This document shows positions 8,895 to 17,723 of a DNA stretch of 64,000 nucleotides, one piece after another. The notes beneath the pieces were generated by a model that was given only the letters and a program-made list of their open reading frames with translations, had not been told where the DNA came from and ran no database searches. The DNA lies in contig PBBA01000006.1 in NCBI GenBank assembly GCA_002716405.1, positions 187,966 to 251,965 of the forward strand. The letters are read 5' to 3'. The position numbers and the translations under genes were made by a program. Source of the DNA: Chloroflexota bacterium (GTDB lineage: Bacteria > Chloroflexota > Dehalococcoidia > UBA2979). The first letter of the stretch is position 1; every line of letters begins with the position of its first letter.

Positions 8895-8979
8895 CCCGTT
8901 GCATACTTCAAGGATAAGAATAACTACAGCTATAATAATCCAGAACAATATTCCATTCCTATATCAAAAATTACTGCAA

Positions 8980-9678
8980 TTACGATAATTGCGCTGAAAT
9001 GATTGCGGATGCAATAGCAACATTTAGAGAGGTAACGGAATGATTAGTTTTTGATTTTATTGCGACAAGTTCGTCACATTGTTGCAAGATATTGTGACGA
9101 ATACCATTTTCTTCATTACCTACTACAATTACCCACGGTCGATCTTTTTTCAATTGTGTTAAATTTTTCTGTGCATGTTCTGAAGTACCTAAAATCCACA
9201 GACCTTGATCTTTCATTTTCTGTATAGACCGACTTAAATTGGTCTCTATGGAGAATTCAACAGCCTCCACTCCGCCACTAGCGACATCATAAACAACAGA
9301 AGTCATTGGAGCTGCCCTATTTTTTGTCATTATAATTCCATTTGAGCCGAAAAATGCTGCTGTACGAAATATTGAACCCACATTATTAGGATCTTGTAAT
9401 GAATCCAATGCAATCCAAAAGCCTTGGTTCTGATTTTCCTTAATCAATAACTCCAAGGGGGTAGATTTTTTTTCTATTACTTGAGCATAGGATCCTTGGC
9501 GTCTGAAATTTTCACTAGAACGTGTTTTTTCGGAAAAGGGAACACCCAACTCTAGTGCCTTTTCTTTAACATCTCTCCATGCAGTACTTCCACCATGCTC
9601 AGATAAAACAACTTTCAAAACATCATAAGGCCTATATTGAAGGACAGCAAAAACACTGTGTGGATTATAAAGCTCCAT
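8980..9678 (-). CDS. TrmH/SpoU-family RNA 2'-O-methyltransferase (RlmB-like)
   Basis: 232-aa ORF with SpoU methylase motifs VIVVGNEENGI and SLNVAIASAIISAQL. Confidence 0.75.
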   Translation of the reverse strand: MELYNPHSVFAVLQYRPYDVLKVVLSEHGGSTAWRDVKEKALELGVPFSEKTRSSENFRRQGSYAQVIEKKSTPLELLIKENQNQGFWIALDSLQDPNNVGSIFRTAAFFGSNGIIMTKNRAAPMTSVVYDVASGGVEAVEFSIETNLSRSIQKMKDQGLWILGTSEHAQKNLTQLKKDRPWVIVVGNEENGIRHNILQQCDELVAIKSKTNHSVTSLNVAIASAIISAQLS

Positions 9679-9714
9679 AGAAAAAATACGCCTTAGAATA
9701 AATAATACTCATCA

Positions 9715-10635
9715 TTATGAGTTTTTCAGCATCGCATGCAAGGCGGAATCAATCTCAGGATGTAAAAATTCAAAACCTTCGTAAACAAGACGTTGTGGAA
9801 TTACGCGTTGACTTGCTAAAGCGGTCTGTTGTGCTTTTTCCTTGCCAAACATTAAGTACAACAGAAAGCTTGGAACTGGAAAAAAAGCAGGACGATTCAG
9901 TACACGACCTAAAGCTTTTGTAAAATCGCTATTAGTAATTTCTTGAGGTGCAACAGCGTTATAAGCCCCAGACATATCTGAGTTTAAAACTGCCTGTTCA
10001 TAGATTTTAACTAAGTCATCTAAAGAAATCCAAGGGAAAAAACTCTTACCATTCCCCAAAGGACCACCTAAACCAAGTTTGAAAGGTGTCAGCGCTGTTG
10101 GATATGATAATTGACCAATTAAGGGTGCACCTAGCAAGCTTCTGACAACCACACCACTCCGTATAGTTACCAATCGAATACCAAGTTCCAAAGCTTTTTC
10201 TGCAATCAATTCATGCTCAACACATATATCAGAGAGAAAACCTGAACCACGTTCTGATTCTTCAGTTAACTTCTCTTCACCTCTTATACCGTAATAACCG
10301 ACTGCAGACCAAGTAACAAGAGTTTTAGGTCTGTTTTCTGTACGGGACAGTGCGTCAATTAACAAACGAATACCATTGATTCTGCTTTCAACTATAGATT
10401 TTCTATATGATTGACTCCAACGTCCTTGACTTAGTGATGCTCCACCTAAATGCACGACGGAATCTACATCTTCAAATAATCCGTCACGTATCCAATTCAA
10501 CTCAGGATTCCATTGCACTGAATCATCAGCGGAACTACCATACTTTATTTTTTTTATTCTATAACCGGATTCATTAAATTTAGCTGTTAAAGCTGACCCG
10601 ATAGTTCCTGAACTTCCCGTAATAGCGATCTGCAT
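9715..10635 (-). CDS. TIGR01777/YfcH-type NAD-dependent epimerase/dehydratase family protein
   Basis: 306-aa ORF with an N-terminal Rossmann motif (IAITGSSGTIGSAL) and a DUF1731-like C-terminus. Confidence 0.65.
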   Translation of the reverse strand: MQIAITGSSGTIGSALTAKFNESGYRIKKIKYGSSADDSVQWNPELNWIRDGLFEDVDSVVHLGGASLSQGRWSQSYRKSIVESRINGIRLLIDALSRTENRPKTLVTWSAVGYYGIRGEEKLTEESERGSGFLSDICVEHELIAEKALELGIRLVTIRSGVVVRSLLGAPLIGQLSYPTALTPFKLGLGGPLGNGKSFFPWISLDDLVKIYEQAVLNSDMSGAYNAVAPQEITNSDFTKALGRVLNRPAFFPVPSFLLYLMFGKEKAQQTALASQRVIPQRLVYEGFEFLHPEIDSALHAMLKNS

Positions 10636-10665
10636 GCATATTCCTTCTCACTAATAAGTACCAGA

Positions 10666-11547
10666 TTACCCTAAGTTTTTAATAAGTACATCTGCAGCGG
10701 ATTCGATAGTAGGAGGTAATCTAACACCGGGAAAACTTTCATTGTCATTTTCATATGATAATGCAGCTCCTCCAACGAAAATTTTTGCTTTAATTCTCTC
10801 TGCCAAAAGTCCTCGAGTAGCTAAACCAAGAGTAGGCAATGAATTTGGTGCAGTCGCAATCAATATAACTGCTGAAGGCATTAACTGTTTCGTAGATTCA
10901 ATTAAATCAATCGTAGGAACATCTGCTCCTAAGTAAATTACTCTTAATCCAGCCTGCTTAAGCAATAACCATAATGCTGTAGAGCCAAGATCATGCTGTT
11001 CTTCTTGAGGGCATGCAATGATTACAGAGTTCGCTTCGGGGTCAGGACTATGAACTTCTGCAACACCAAGCAATATTTCACGGCGAATAATAGCAGAAAT
11101 AAAATGCTCCGAACCTAGTTTTAGTTCACCTGACGACCATCGACTTCCTATCATTTTCAATCCAGGCATCAAAAATTCATCAAAAGTCCGTGCCCAACCA
11201 AATTTTTGACGATATGCACGAATTTCATCAACGACTGTTGATTCATCGTAATTGATTGCTGCTGTCACTATTATCTTGGCGTATGAATCATCTTCTTTTT
11301 GTTCAGGTATTTCATCAATCTCAACTTCAATCGAAGATAGTGCTGATTTTGCTGCCTCGGATGCAGGTAACCCCGCATTCACTAATGCCATCATTCTACG
11401 AATCAATAGCAGATCATCCTCATCATATAGACGTCTTCCAGTATTTGATCTATTAGGCCTAGGAATCCCATAACGTCTTTCCCATGTACGTAATCTAGAA
11501 GAATTTATTCCTGTTGCTTTTGAAGCAGCTAATACTGTGTAATTCAA
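10666..11547 (-). CDS. MerR-family transcriptional regulator with C-terminal cobalamin-binding domain (CarH/LitR-like)
   Basis: N-terminal MerR HTH (YTVLAASKATGINSSRLRTWERRYGIP). C-terminal B12-binding signature ExHxxG in EEQHDLGSTALWLLLKQAGLRVIYLGADVP. Confidence 0.7.
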   Translation of the reverse strand: MNYTVLAASKATGINSSRLRTWERRYGIPRPNRSNTGRRLYDEDDLLLIRRMMALVNAGLPASEAAKSALSSIEVEIDEIPEQKEDDSYAKIIVTAAINYDESTVVDEIRAYRQKFGWARTFDEFLMPGLKMIGSRWSSGELKLGSEHFISAIIRREILLGVAEVHSPDPEANSVIIACPQEEQHDLGSTALWLLLKQAGLRVIYLGADVPTIDLIESTKQLMPSAVILIATAPNSLPTLGLATRGLLAERIKAKIFVGGAALSYENDNESFPGVRLPPTIESAADVLIKNLG

Positions 11548-11739
11548 AACATCCCATTCCTATATGACTAAGTTTCGACAAAGTTATATAAGTAAAATAT
11601 ACCTCAATTTATCGTCACTGAAAAAAGAAATAATAATAAACTGTATATACAAACTAGCATTTAGTTTTATAAAATGTAATAATTACTGTGGCGGGACCAA
11701 GGATGTGCTGGTAATTGCACTCTCTCCCCAGGTGGTCAT

Positions 11740-13341
11740 TTGCTTAACTATAATTCCCAAAAATTTGGTCGCCGTAAATTTCTAGCTGCGACACTTGCTT
11801 TGCCTTCTTCTCATTTATTCCATAGTAAAGATGAGAGGGAAGTACAAATTAATTTTTCACATACTACACCTAAAAAGATATCAGGATCTAAAAATGACTC
11901 CGATTCAAAGTATCTTGCATGGGTATGGCAGTTTCAGCACGATGGTGATAGGGAAATAATTAGAGATATACTATCTGAACATCATCTAGGATTGGTAATA
12001 AAAACAAATGATGGCACTGATTGGATGTCAGCATATGACACTTCAAAAGATGCAATTTCAGGACCTCGATCAATAGAGAAGCTCGCAACTTTTTTTGATA
12101 ATGCTAATGTTCCCTTACATGCATGGACTGTAGTTAATGGTACCGAACCAAAACAAGAAGCCGATATGGCTGCATTAGTTCTAAATTCTGGAGCAAAGTC
12201 ACTTTTCATAGATTTAGAACCTTATGCAGGTTTTTGGAGAGGCACTGAACAAGATGCACATATATATGGTGAGCGTTTACGCCAATTAGCTCCCTCTGCT
12301 CGCCTCACCACATCTGTAGACGGACGCCCTTGGGAAATACCCAATATTCCTCTAGAGGAATTTGCTAGTTTTACAGATGCAATAGCACCGCAAATATATT
12401 GGAATTTATTTAATACCTACCGCAATAAATTAATGTACCAAGAATCAGGCTATCGACCAGGGTATGAAGGAGTTACACCTACATTTGCACTTAAAGCAGC
12501 TGTAGAAAGTTTAAAGAAATTTAATTTACCCATTCATGCAGTAGGTGACGGAACTACATCAAACATTAATGAATGGCAAGAATTTATTAGTGAATCCTAT
12601 ATACATAATATTGATAATCTATCTGTTTGGAGATTTGGAGTAGCAAAAGATTCTCTATGGAGTTTGTTAGGAGATACAGATCATCAACTACAATATTACT
12701 TCGTAAAGTCAGGTGATAATTTAGACAGCATTGCATACAACTGGAACACTACCGTCTATGACATAGTTAGAATTAACAATATTAAAAATCCAAATTTTTT
12801 ATTTGTTGGACAAAAACTACAAATGCCATCTAACTATTTCAGAACTTCAGATATCTCCAACTCTAATACAACCTATAGAAACCCTTCGATAAGTTACAAA
12901 ATCAAAGAAGGAGATTCTTTATGGTCGGTTTCTAAAAAATTCGGAACTTCTGTAGAGCATTTAGTCGAAACTAATAACATCCAAAATCAAAGGCATATCT
13001 ATATAGGTCAAGAATTACAAATTCCTCAACAAAACTATAGAAAAGAAATTTACACAGTTGCTTCAGGTGATTCATTATGGTCGATAGCAAGGGGATTAGA
13101 TATTAATGTCCAAGAATTAGCAAGAATCAACAATATTAAAAATCAAAACCATCTATATATCGGTCAGAAATTAATACTTCCCAGCAGAAATCAAAAAAAG
13201 ATATACACAGTCCAAAGAGGTGATTCTCTTTGGTCAATAGCAATTAAATTTGACACTACCATAGATAATATAAAACAGTTAAATAGAACCGGACTCAACC
13301 AATACTTACAAGTTGGACAAAAAATTGTTATACACGAGTAA
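11740..13341 (+). CDS. secreted (Tat-signal) glycoside-hydrolase-like protein with four C-terminal LysM domains
   Basis: TTG start. Twin-arginine signal (GRRKFLAATLALPSS). Four LysM repeats (YFVKSGDNLDSIA..., YKIKEGDSLWSVS..., YTVASGDSLWSIA..., YTVQRGDSLWSIA...). Confidence 0.75.
   Translation: MLNYNSQKFGRRKFLAATLALPSSHLFHSKDEREVQINFSHTTPKKISGSKNDSDSKYLAWVWQFQHDGDREIIRDILSEHHLGLVIKTNDGTDWMSAYDTSKDAISGPRSIEKLATFFDNANVPLHAWTVVNGTEPKQEADMAALVLNSGAKSLFIDLEPYAGFWRGTEQDAHIYGERLRQLAPSARLTTSVDGRPWEIPNIPLEEFASFTDAIAPQIYWNLFNTYRNKLMYQESGYRPGYEGVTPTFALKAAVESLKKFNLPIHAVGDGTTSNINEWQEFISESYIHNIDNLSVWRFGVAKDSLWSLLGDTDHQLQYYFVKSGDNLDSIAYNWNTTVYDIVRINNIKNPNFLFVGQKLQMPSNYFRTSDISNSNTTYRNPSISYKIKEGDSLWSVSKKFGTSVEHLVETNNIQNQRHIYIGQELQIPQQNYRKEIYTVASGDSLWSIARGLDINVQELARINNIKNQNHLYIGQKLILPSRNQKKIYTVQRGDSLWSIAIKFDTTIDNIKQLNRTGLNQYLQVGQKIVIHE
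12694..13332 (+). repeat. four tandem LysM-coding repeats (intragenic)
   Basis: Modules of about 43 aa at residues 319-362, 386-428, 438-481 and 489-531 of the 11740 ORF. DNA-level similarity is visible (e.g. ggtgattc(a/t)(c/t)t(a/t)tggtc(a/g)ata). Confidence 0.7.
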
Positions 13342-13347
13342 TGAATT

Positions 13348-14088
13348 ATGATTATAGAAGGTAAGCCTGATTACACAAACTTAAACTTTCCTGACGCACC
13401 CAAAAATCGACCATATGTCTATATAAACATGATTATGTCAACAGATGGTAGGATTATCATCGATAACACTGAAGAAGGATTGGGAAGTGCAACTGACCGT
13501 CGGTTGATGAGGGAACTTCGTGTTAATGCCGATGTAGTTTTATGCGGAGCATCTACTTTACGCATAAATGGTGCCTCATCAAGACTTGGTGATCCTAATT
13601 TAATTAGCTTAAGAAAACAAAGGAGTAAGACTGATGCACCAATGGCTGCAGTTATAACAAATACTGGAAATTTACCTTTAGATTCAGTTTTTTTTCAAGG
13701 ATCAGATTTTGAAGCTGTGGTTTACACAGGAGAAATTGTACCAGCAGAAAAATTAACACTCCTCCAAAACTCTAGGCGTAGAGTATTTCAATTACCTGCA
13801 GAAAATTCTATAGAATGGATGCTAGATCATATGCGAAATTCTTTAGGAATCGAATACTTATTGTTGGAAGGTGGAGCAAACATAAATGGACAATTCCTAT
13901 CAGCTAATTTAGTTGATGAATATTTTCTTACAATAGGACCCAAAATAGTTAACAATACTACTCCTCTAACTCCATTCTCTCTAAATGATGAGCAATTATC
14001 AGAAAAATTAACAAATCTAGAATTATTGTCTATTGCTGCAAATAAAAAAACCGATGAAATTTTTTTACGTTACAAAATTAAGCATTGA
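13348..14088 (+). CDS. RibD C-terminal-domain / dihydrofolate-reductase-like reductase
   Basis: 246-aa ORF with MSTDGRIIID near the N-terminus and LLLEGGANINGQFL...VDEYFLTIGPKI, typical of the pyrimidine reductase family. Confidence 0.65.
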   Translation: MIIEGKPDYTNLNFPDAPKNRPYVYINMIMSTDGRIIIDNTEEGLGSATDRRLMRELRVNADVVLCGASTLRINGASSRLGDPNLISLRKQRSKTDAPMAAVITNTGNLPLDSVFFQGSDFEAVVYTGEIVPAEKLTLLQNSRRRVFQLPAENSIEWMLDHMRNSLGIEYLLLEGGANINGQFLSANLVDEYFLTIGPKIVNNTTPLTPFSLNDEQLSEKLTNLELLSIAANKKTDEIFLRYKIKH

Positions 14089-15022
14089 AATTAGTTAGCT
14101 CATCAATTTTAGAAATCTCATCAGCTGTTAATTTCCAAGATACAGATTCAACATTTGATTCAACTTGTTCGGGACGAGTCGCACCAGCAATAACACTAGA
14201 AACATTAGGATTGCATGCTAACCAGCTAAAAGCTAGCTCCAAAATACTATGCCCTTTTTCTTTAGTAAAAGCTTCTAAAGATTCGACAATATCAAAATTT
14301 TTCTCTGTTAAAACTCGATCTGCCATTGGACCAGCTACTAATCTTGTCCCGCTTGGTGCAGGCTCGTTTCTTTTGTATTTACCAGTTAATAAACCACTTG
14401 CAAGGGGAAAATAAGGTAACACACCTAATCCAAAAGCTTTCGCTGATGGAATTACTTCACTTTCAACTTCTCGCTCCAACAAACTCCAATGATTTTGAGC
14501 AGAAATAAATGGAGTTAGATGATGGTGTTCTGCTATCCAATGTGCATGAGCAATTTGCCATCCTGCAAAATTTGAATGTCCTATGTAACGAACCTTACCT
14601 GCACGAACCAGATCATCTAAAGTACTTATTGTTTCTTCTAGAGGAGTTAAAAGATCAGGAAAATGAACTTGATATAGATCAATATAATCTGTACCTAATC
14701 TTTGCAAGCTTGCTTCAACAGCATCCATTATATGCTTACGTGAAGCACCACTTTCCATTGGACCCGTGCCCATATTTCCAGCAAATTTAGTAGCAATAAT
14801 CACAGATTGTCGTTTATCACTTATTGCCTTGCCCAAAAATTCTTCAGACTTACCATCTTCACCATAAATGTCAGCAGTATCGAAAAAATTGATCCCAAGA
14901 TCAATTGCTCTATTGACTACTGATCTGGTCTGATCTAGATCGCATCGACGTCCAAAATTATTACAACCGATACCAACAAGAGAAACTTCTAAACCTGATT
15001 TTCCTAATCTTCGATACTCCAT
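14078..15022 (-). CDS. aldo/keto reductase
   Basis: 314-aa ORF with GIGCNNFG, INFFDTADIYGEDGKSE and an AKR-like C-terminus. Its 3' end overlaps the convergent gene by 11 nt. Confidence 0.85.
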   Translation of the reverse strand: MEYRRLGKSGLEVSLVGIGCNNFGRRCDLDQTRSVVNRAIDLGINFFDTADIYGEDGKSEEFLGKAISDKRQSVIIATKFAGNMGTGPMESGASRKHIMDAVEASLQRLGTDYIDLYQVHFPDLLTPLEETISTLDDLVRAGKVRYIGHSNFAGWQIAHAHWIAEHHHLTPFISAQNHWSLLEREVESEVIPSAKAFGLGVLPYFPLASGLLTGKYKRNEPAPSGTRLVAGPMADRVLTEKNFDIVESLEAFTKEKGHSILELAFSWLACNPNVSSVIAGATRPEQVESNVESVSWKLTADEISKIDELTNFNA

Positions 15023-15057
15023 TTTACCCCGCTACTTAGCAAAAAATTAAAATCTAA

Positions 15058-15561
15058 TCAATCGCCACCTGTACGCTTTTTATATTCTTGACGGGCTGCA
15101 CTATGACGTACACGACGCTTCACTTGCTCTTGTCTAGGAGAACCTTCAATTCGCATCCGCTTCAAGAAACGTGCTTCATGAAGATCATCATCTTGAACAG
15201 GAAGACCACCTTCAAGAGAATAATTCGTACGCTCTTCTTTAACAGCTTCATATCTTTCCATTTCTTCTACCGTTAACGGAGCATCAGGAGCTTTTCTATT
15301 AATTTCAGGGTGCTCTATACCGTATGCACTTCGAGTGATTGGCTTGGTAACCTTTTTACCTAAGTGCCAATAGCCACCATCATCCGGTAATTGACGCTGT
15401 CTTCCATCGCGATGCACAAAAGCAGACCATTGTTGAGACATTACTCTTTTCGAATCTGTATCACAGTGTGGGCAAGGTTGTGCAGCCGAAGCTTCTCTAG
15501 CTGGACGTAGCAATTCAAATCGCGCCTGACATTCTTCACATATATATTCATATATCGGCAT
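15058..15561 (-). CDS. FmdB-family zinc-ribbon protein with long charged C-terminal extension
   Basis: The N-terminus MPIYEYICEECQARFE...CPHCD is the FmdB/CxxC_CxxC_SSSS ribbon. The remaining 120 or so residues are charged. Confidence 0.6.
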   Translation of the reverse strand: MPIYEYICEECQARFELLRPAREASAAQPCPHCDTDSKRVMSQQWSAFVHRDGRQRQLPDDGGYWHLGKKVTKPITRSAYGIEHPEINRKAPDAPLTVEEMERYEAVKEERTNYSLEGGLPVQDDDLHEARFLKRMRIEGSPRQEQVKRRVRHSAARQEYKKRTGGD

Positions 15562-15878
15562 AATGATCTCCCAACTTGATAATCAATATTATCGCATGAC
15601 AAATGATTTTAGCCTAGAGATGAATAATTTACGAAAAATGTACCTGCATTTACAAATATTTTTGTAGGCTTATACAAGATTCTTTAGGAAAATTTTCATA
15701 CTTGATAAGATACATTCATCGTAATTCTAGTTTTCCAATAATTAAGGAATTTAAAATGATTTATCATCAATCAATGTCTAAATTATGGAAATGTAAAATA
15801 TGTAGTCGTTGAAGGTGAATTAAGAGAGAATAAGTAAGTAGTGAATAAAATAATTTTTTTCTGATTGGAGGAAATAAT

Positions 15879-16118
15879 ATGGCTAACCCACATGCAACAA
15901 AGCAAGACTTTGAATCTGCATTCAAAGGCTTCCACTACCCTATTTCCAAGTCTGGTATCTATAACATGGCCCGTGACAAAGGCGGAATAGACAGAGAAGT
16001 TGCAAGAGTTTTGGCTGAAATACCAAACCAGCGGTATAAAAACGAAGATGATATTCGATTAGCAGTTCGATCAGTCTATCTTTCAAGGGGAGTGCTTGAG
16101 GACGATCTTCCTATATAA
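15879..16118 (+). CDS. small DUF2795-like protein
   Basis: 79-aa ORF with a strong SD (TGGAGGAAATAAT-ATG). The segment FHYPISKSGIYNMARDKGGIDREVARVLAEIPNQRY resembles DUF2795. Confidence 0.45.
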   Translation: MANPHATKQDFESAFKGFHYPISKSGIYNMARDKGGIDREVARVLAEIPNQRYKNEDDIRLAVRSVYLSRGVLEDDLPI

Positions 16119-16132
16119 ACTCAAAATTCGTG

Positions 16133-16639
16133 CTAATCACGTTCGATTGCAACCATTTCAATCTCAAAAATCAATGGTATTCCTGCAAGTTCATGGTTGG
16201 CATCTAACCCAATTTTTGAAGCAGATATGGATATTACTTTAGCTCCCACTCCACCTTGCAACTGCACTTTATCTCCAATTTTTAATTCTGATGGTGCTCC
16301 TTGAGAAGAAACTTCAAAAATCAATGATTCGTCTTTTGAACCATAAGCATCTTCGGGAGAAAGTTTTACTGTAACAACATCGCCTATTTTCAACCCTTTC
16401 ACAGCTTCATCAAAACCTTTAATCATCGAACCAGAACCAACAACAAAAGATAATGGATCTCGTTCACGCGAAGAGTCAAATACAGAACCATCTTCTAAGG
16501 TCCCATGATAATGAACTGTAACTTTATCTCCCACTTCAACAATTAATGAATCTGAACAACTGCTTAATGTAAATAAAAATAAAAAACTGAAAATTACTAG
16601 CAAATTCACTAGTAGTATCTTAAAAATTTTTTGCATCAT
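16133..16639 (-). CDS. FKBP-type peptidyl-prolyl cis-trans isomerase lipoprotein
   Basis: Signal peptide with a lipobox (FTLSSCSD) and an FKBP core (VTVHYHGTLEDGSVFDSS...GFDEAVKGLKIGD). Confidence 0.8.
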   Translation of the reverse strand: MMQKIFKILLVNLLVIFSFLFLFTLSSCSDSLIVEVGDKVTVHYHGTLEDGSVFDSSRERDPLSFVVGSGSMIKGFDEAVKGLKIGDVVTVKLSPEDAYGSKDESLIFEVSSQGAPSELKIGDKVQLQGGVGAKVISISASKIGLDANHELAGIPLIFEIEMVAIERD

Positions 16640-16716
16640 TAAGAGCTACACGCTTTCTAACAAACAATCAACAAATTTACGTAGTAATCTAGGACAGTTC
16701 ATCGTAATCTAGCTCT

Positions 16717-17268
16717 ATGGTTAATATGGATAGCAATAATTTAATATGGATAGACCTTGAGATGACAGGCCTTTCACCCGGTCATGACGTTATTTTAGAA
16801 ATAGCAACTCTAGTCACAAATAAAGATCTAGAATTGCAAGCAGAAGGTCCTGTTCTTGCAATATCGAGATCACCTGAAGAATTATCCTTGATGGATGAGT
16901 GGAATCAAACGACACATAAGCAATCTGGACTAGTCGAGCGTGTACTGAATTCTGGGATATCAATTTCTGAAGCTGAAAAACTTACTTTAGAATTCGTCCG
17001 ACAATGGACTCCCCCAGCTTCGTCACCTCTTTGCGGTAATTCAATACACTTTGACCGAAGATTTCTTCTTGCAGAAATGCCTAGTTTGGAAGAACACTTT
17101 CATTATAGAAATATTGATGTCAGCACAATCAAAGAATTAGTAAAACGTTGGTATCCAAATATAGAAAAACCCCTTACCAAAAAGCAAAAACATGAAGCCT
17201 TGGCAGATATTCAAGAAAGCATTGAAGAACTCCAATGGTATCGATCAAATATATTTTTTAATGATTAA
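16717..17268 (+). CDS. orn: oligoribonuclease
   Basis: 183-aa DEDDh exonuclease with LIWIDLEMTGL and HEALADIQESIEEL motifs. Confidence 0.85.
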   Translation: MVNMDSNNLIWIDLEMTGLSPGHDVILEIATLVTNKDLELQAEGPVLAISRSPEELSLMDEWNQTTHKQSGLVERVLNSGISISEAEKLTLEFVRQWTPPASSPLCGNSIHFDRRFLLAEMPSLEEHFHYRNIDVSTIKELVKRWYPNIEKPLTKKQKHEALADIQESIEELQWYRSNIFFND

Positions 17269-17328
17269 CTACCGATTTTTGGTAGTGTGAAATAATCAAA
17301 ATAAGAATAATGCATAGTGAGGATCTAC

Positions 17329-17649
17329 ATGTTTTTTGAACTTCGACAATATTCTATTCTCCCGGGGAAAAAAAATGAATGGGTGCAATTAATGGAAACG
17401 GAAATTATTCCTTTCCAACAGTCGAAAGGGATGGTTATTTTAGGAAGCTTTACTGGTGAAGATGATGAATCAGTTTATGTTTGGATTAGAAGATTTGACT
17501 CCGAACAAGAACGTGAAACATTATATGAAGCTGTTTACCAAAGTGAACATTGGAAAAACATTATCGCCCCAAAAATCGAGACACTAATGGACCGATCGAA
17601 AATTAATGTACAACGCATCGAACCAACAAAATTATCTTCACTGAGGTAA
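17329..17649 (+). CDS. NIPSNAP-like / dimeric alpha-beta-barrel protein
   Basis: The ATG at 17329 is preceded by GAGG. FELRQYSILPGKKNEWVQLME...VYVWIRRFDSEQERE resembles NIPSNAP-family proteins. Confidence 0.5.
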   Translation: MFFELRQYSILPGKKNEWVQLMETEIIPFQQSKGMVILGSFTGEDDESVYVWIRRFDSEQERETLYEAVYQSEHWKNIIAPKIETLMDRSKINVQRIEPTKLSSLR

Positions 17650-17723
17650 ATAGAACATCGAGCAATGCATAAACAGATTCAAACCTCATCGAATAAATTC
17701 AGAGCTTCAGGTGACCGCAATAT

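Noticed and set aside
11684-11760. A cobalamin riboswitch on the minus strand upstream of the B12-binding MerR regulator.
   Set aside because: Only a partial core resemblance exists (GGGGAGAGAGUGCAAUUACC...CCCGCCACAGU). No B12 box (consensus approximately AGYCMGGAGACCKGCC) appears in the AT-rich 137 nt before the start codon, and the element would overlap the LysM gene start. I kept it only as a low-interest structured-island finding.
15756-15812. An 18-codon ORF (MIYHQSMSKLWKCKICSR) with an AAGGAA SD-like sequence in the long AT-rich spacer.
   Set aside because: It is too short, has no recognisable family, and such ORFs arise easily by chance in AT-rich DNA. There is no supporting evidence beyond a weak SD.
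17270-17292. A short hairpin (CTACC-gattttt-GGTAG) after orn as a terminator.
   Set aside because: The stem is only 5 bp and no U-tract follows. This is not distinguishable from chance.
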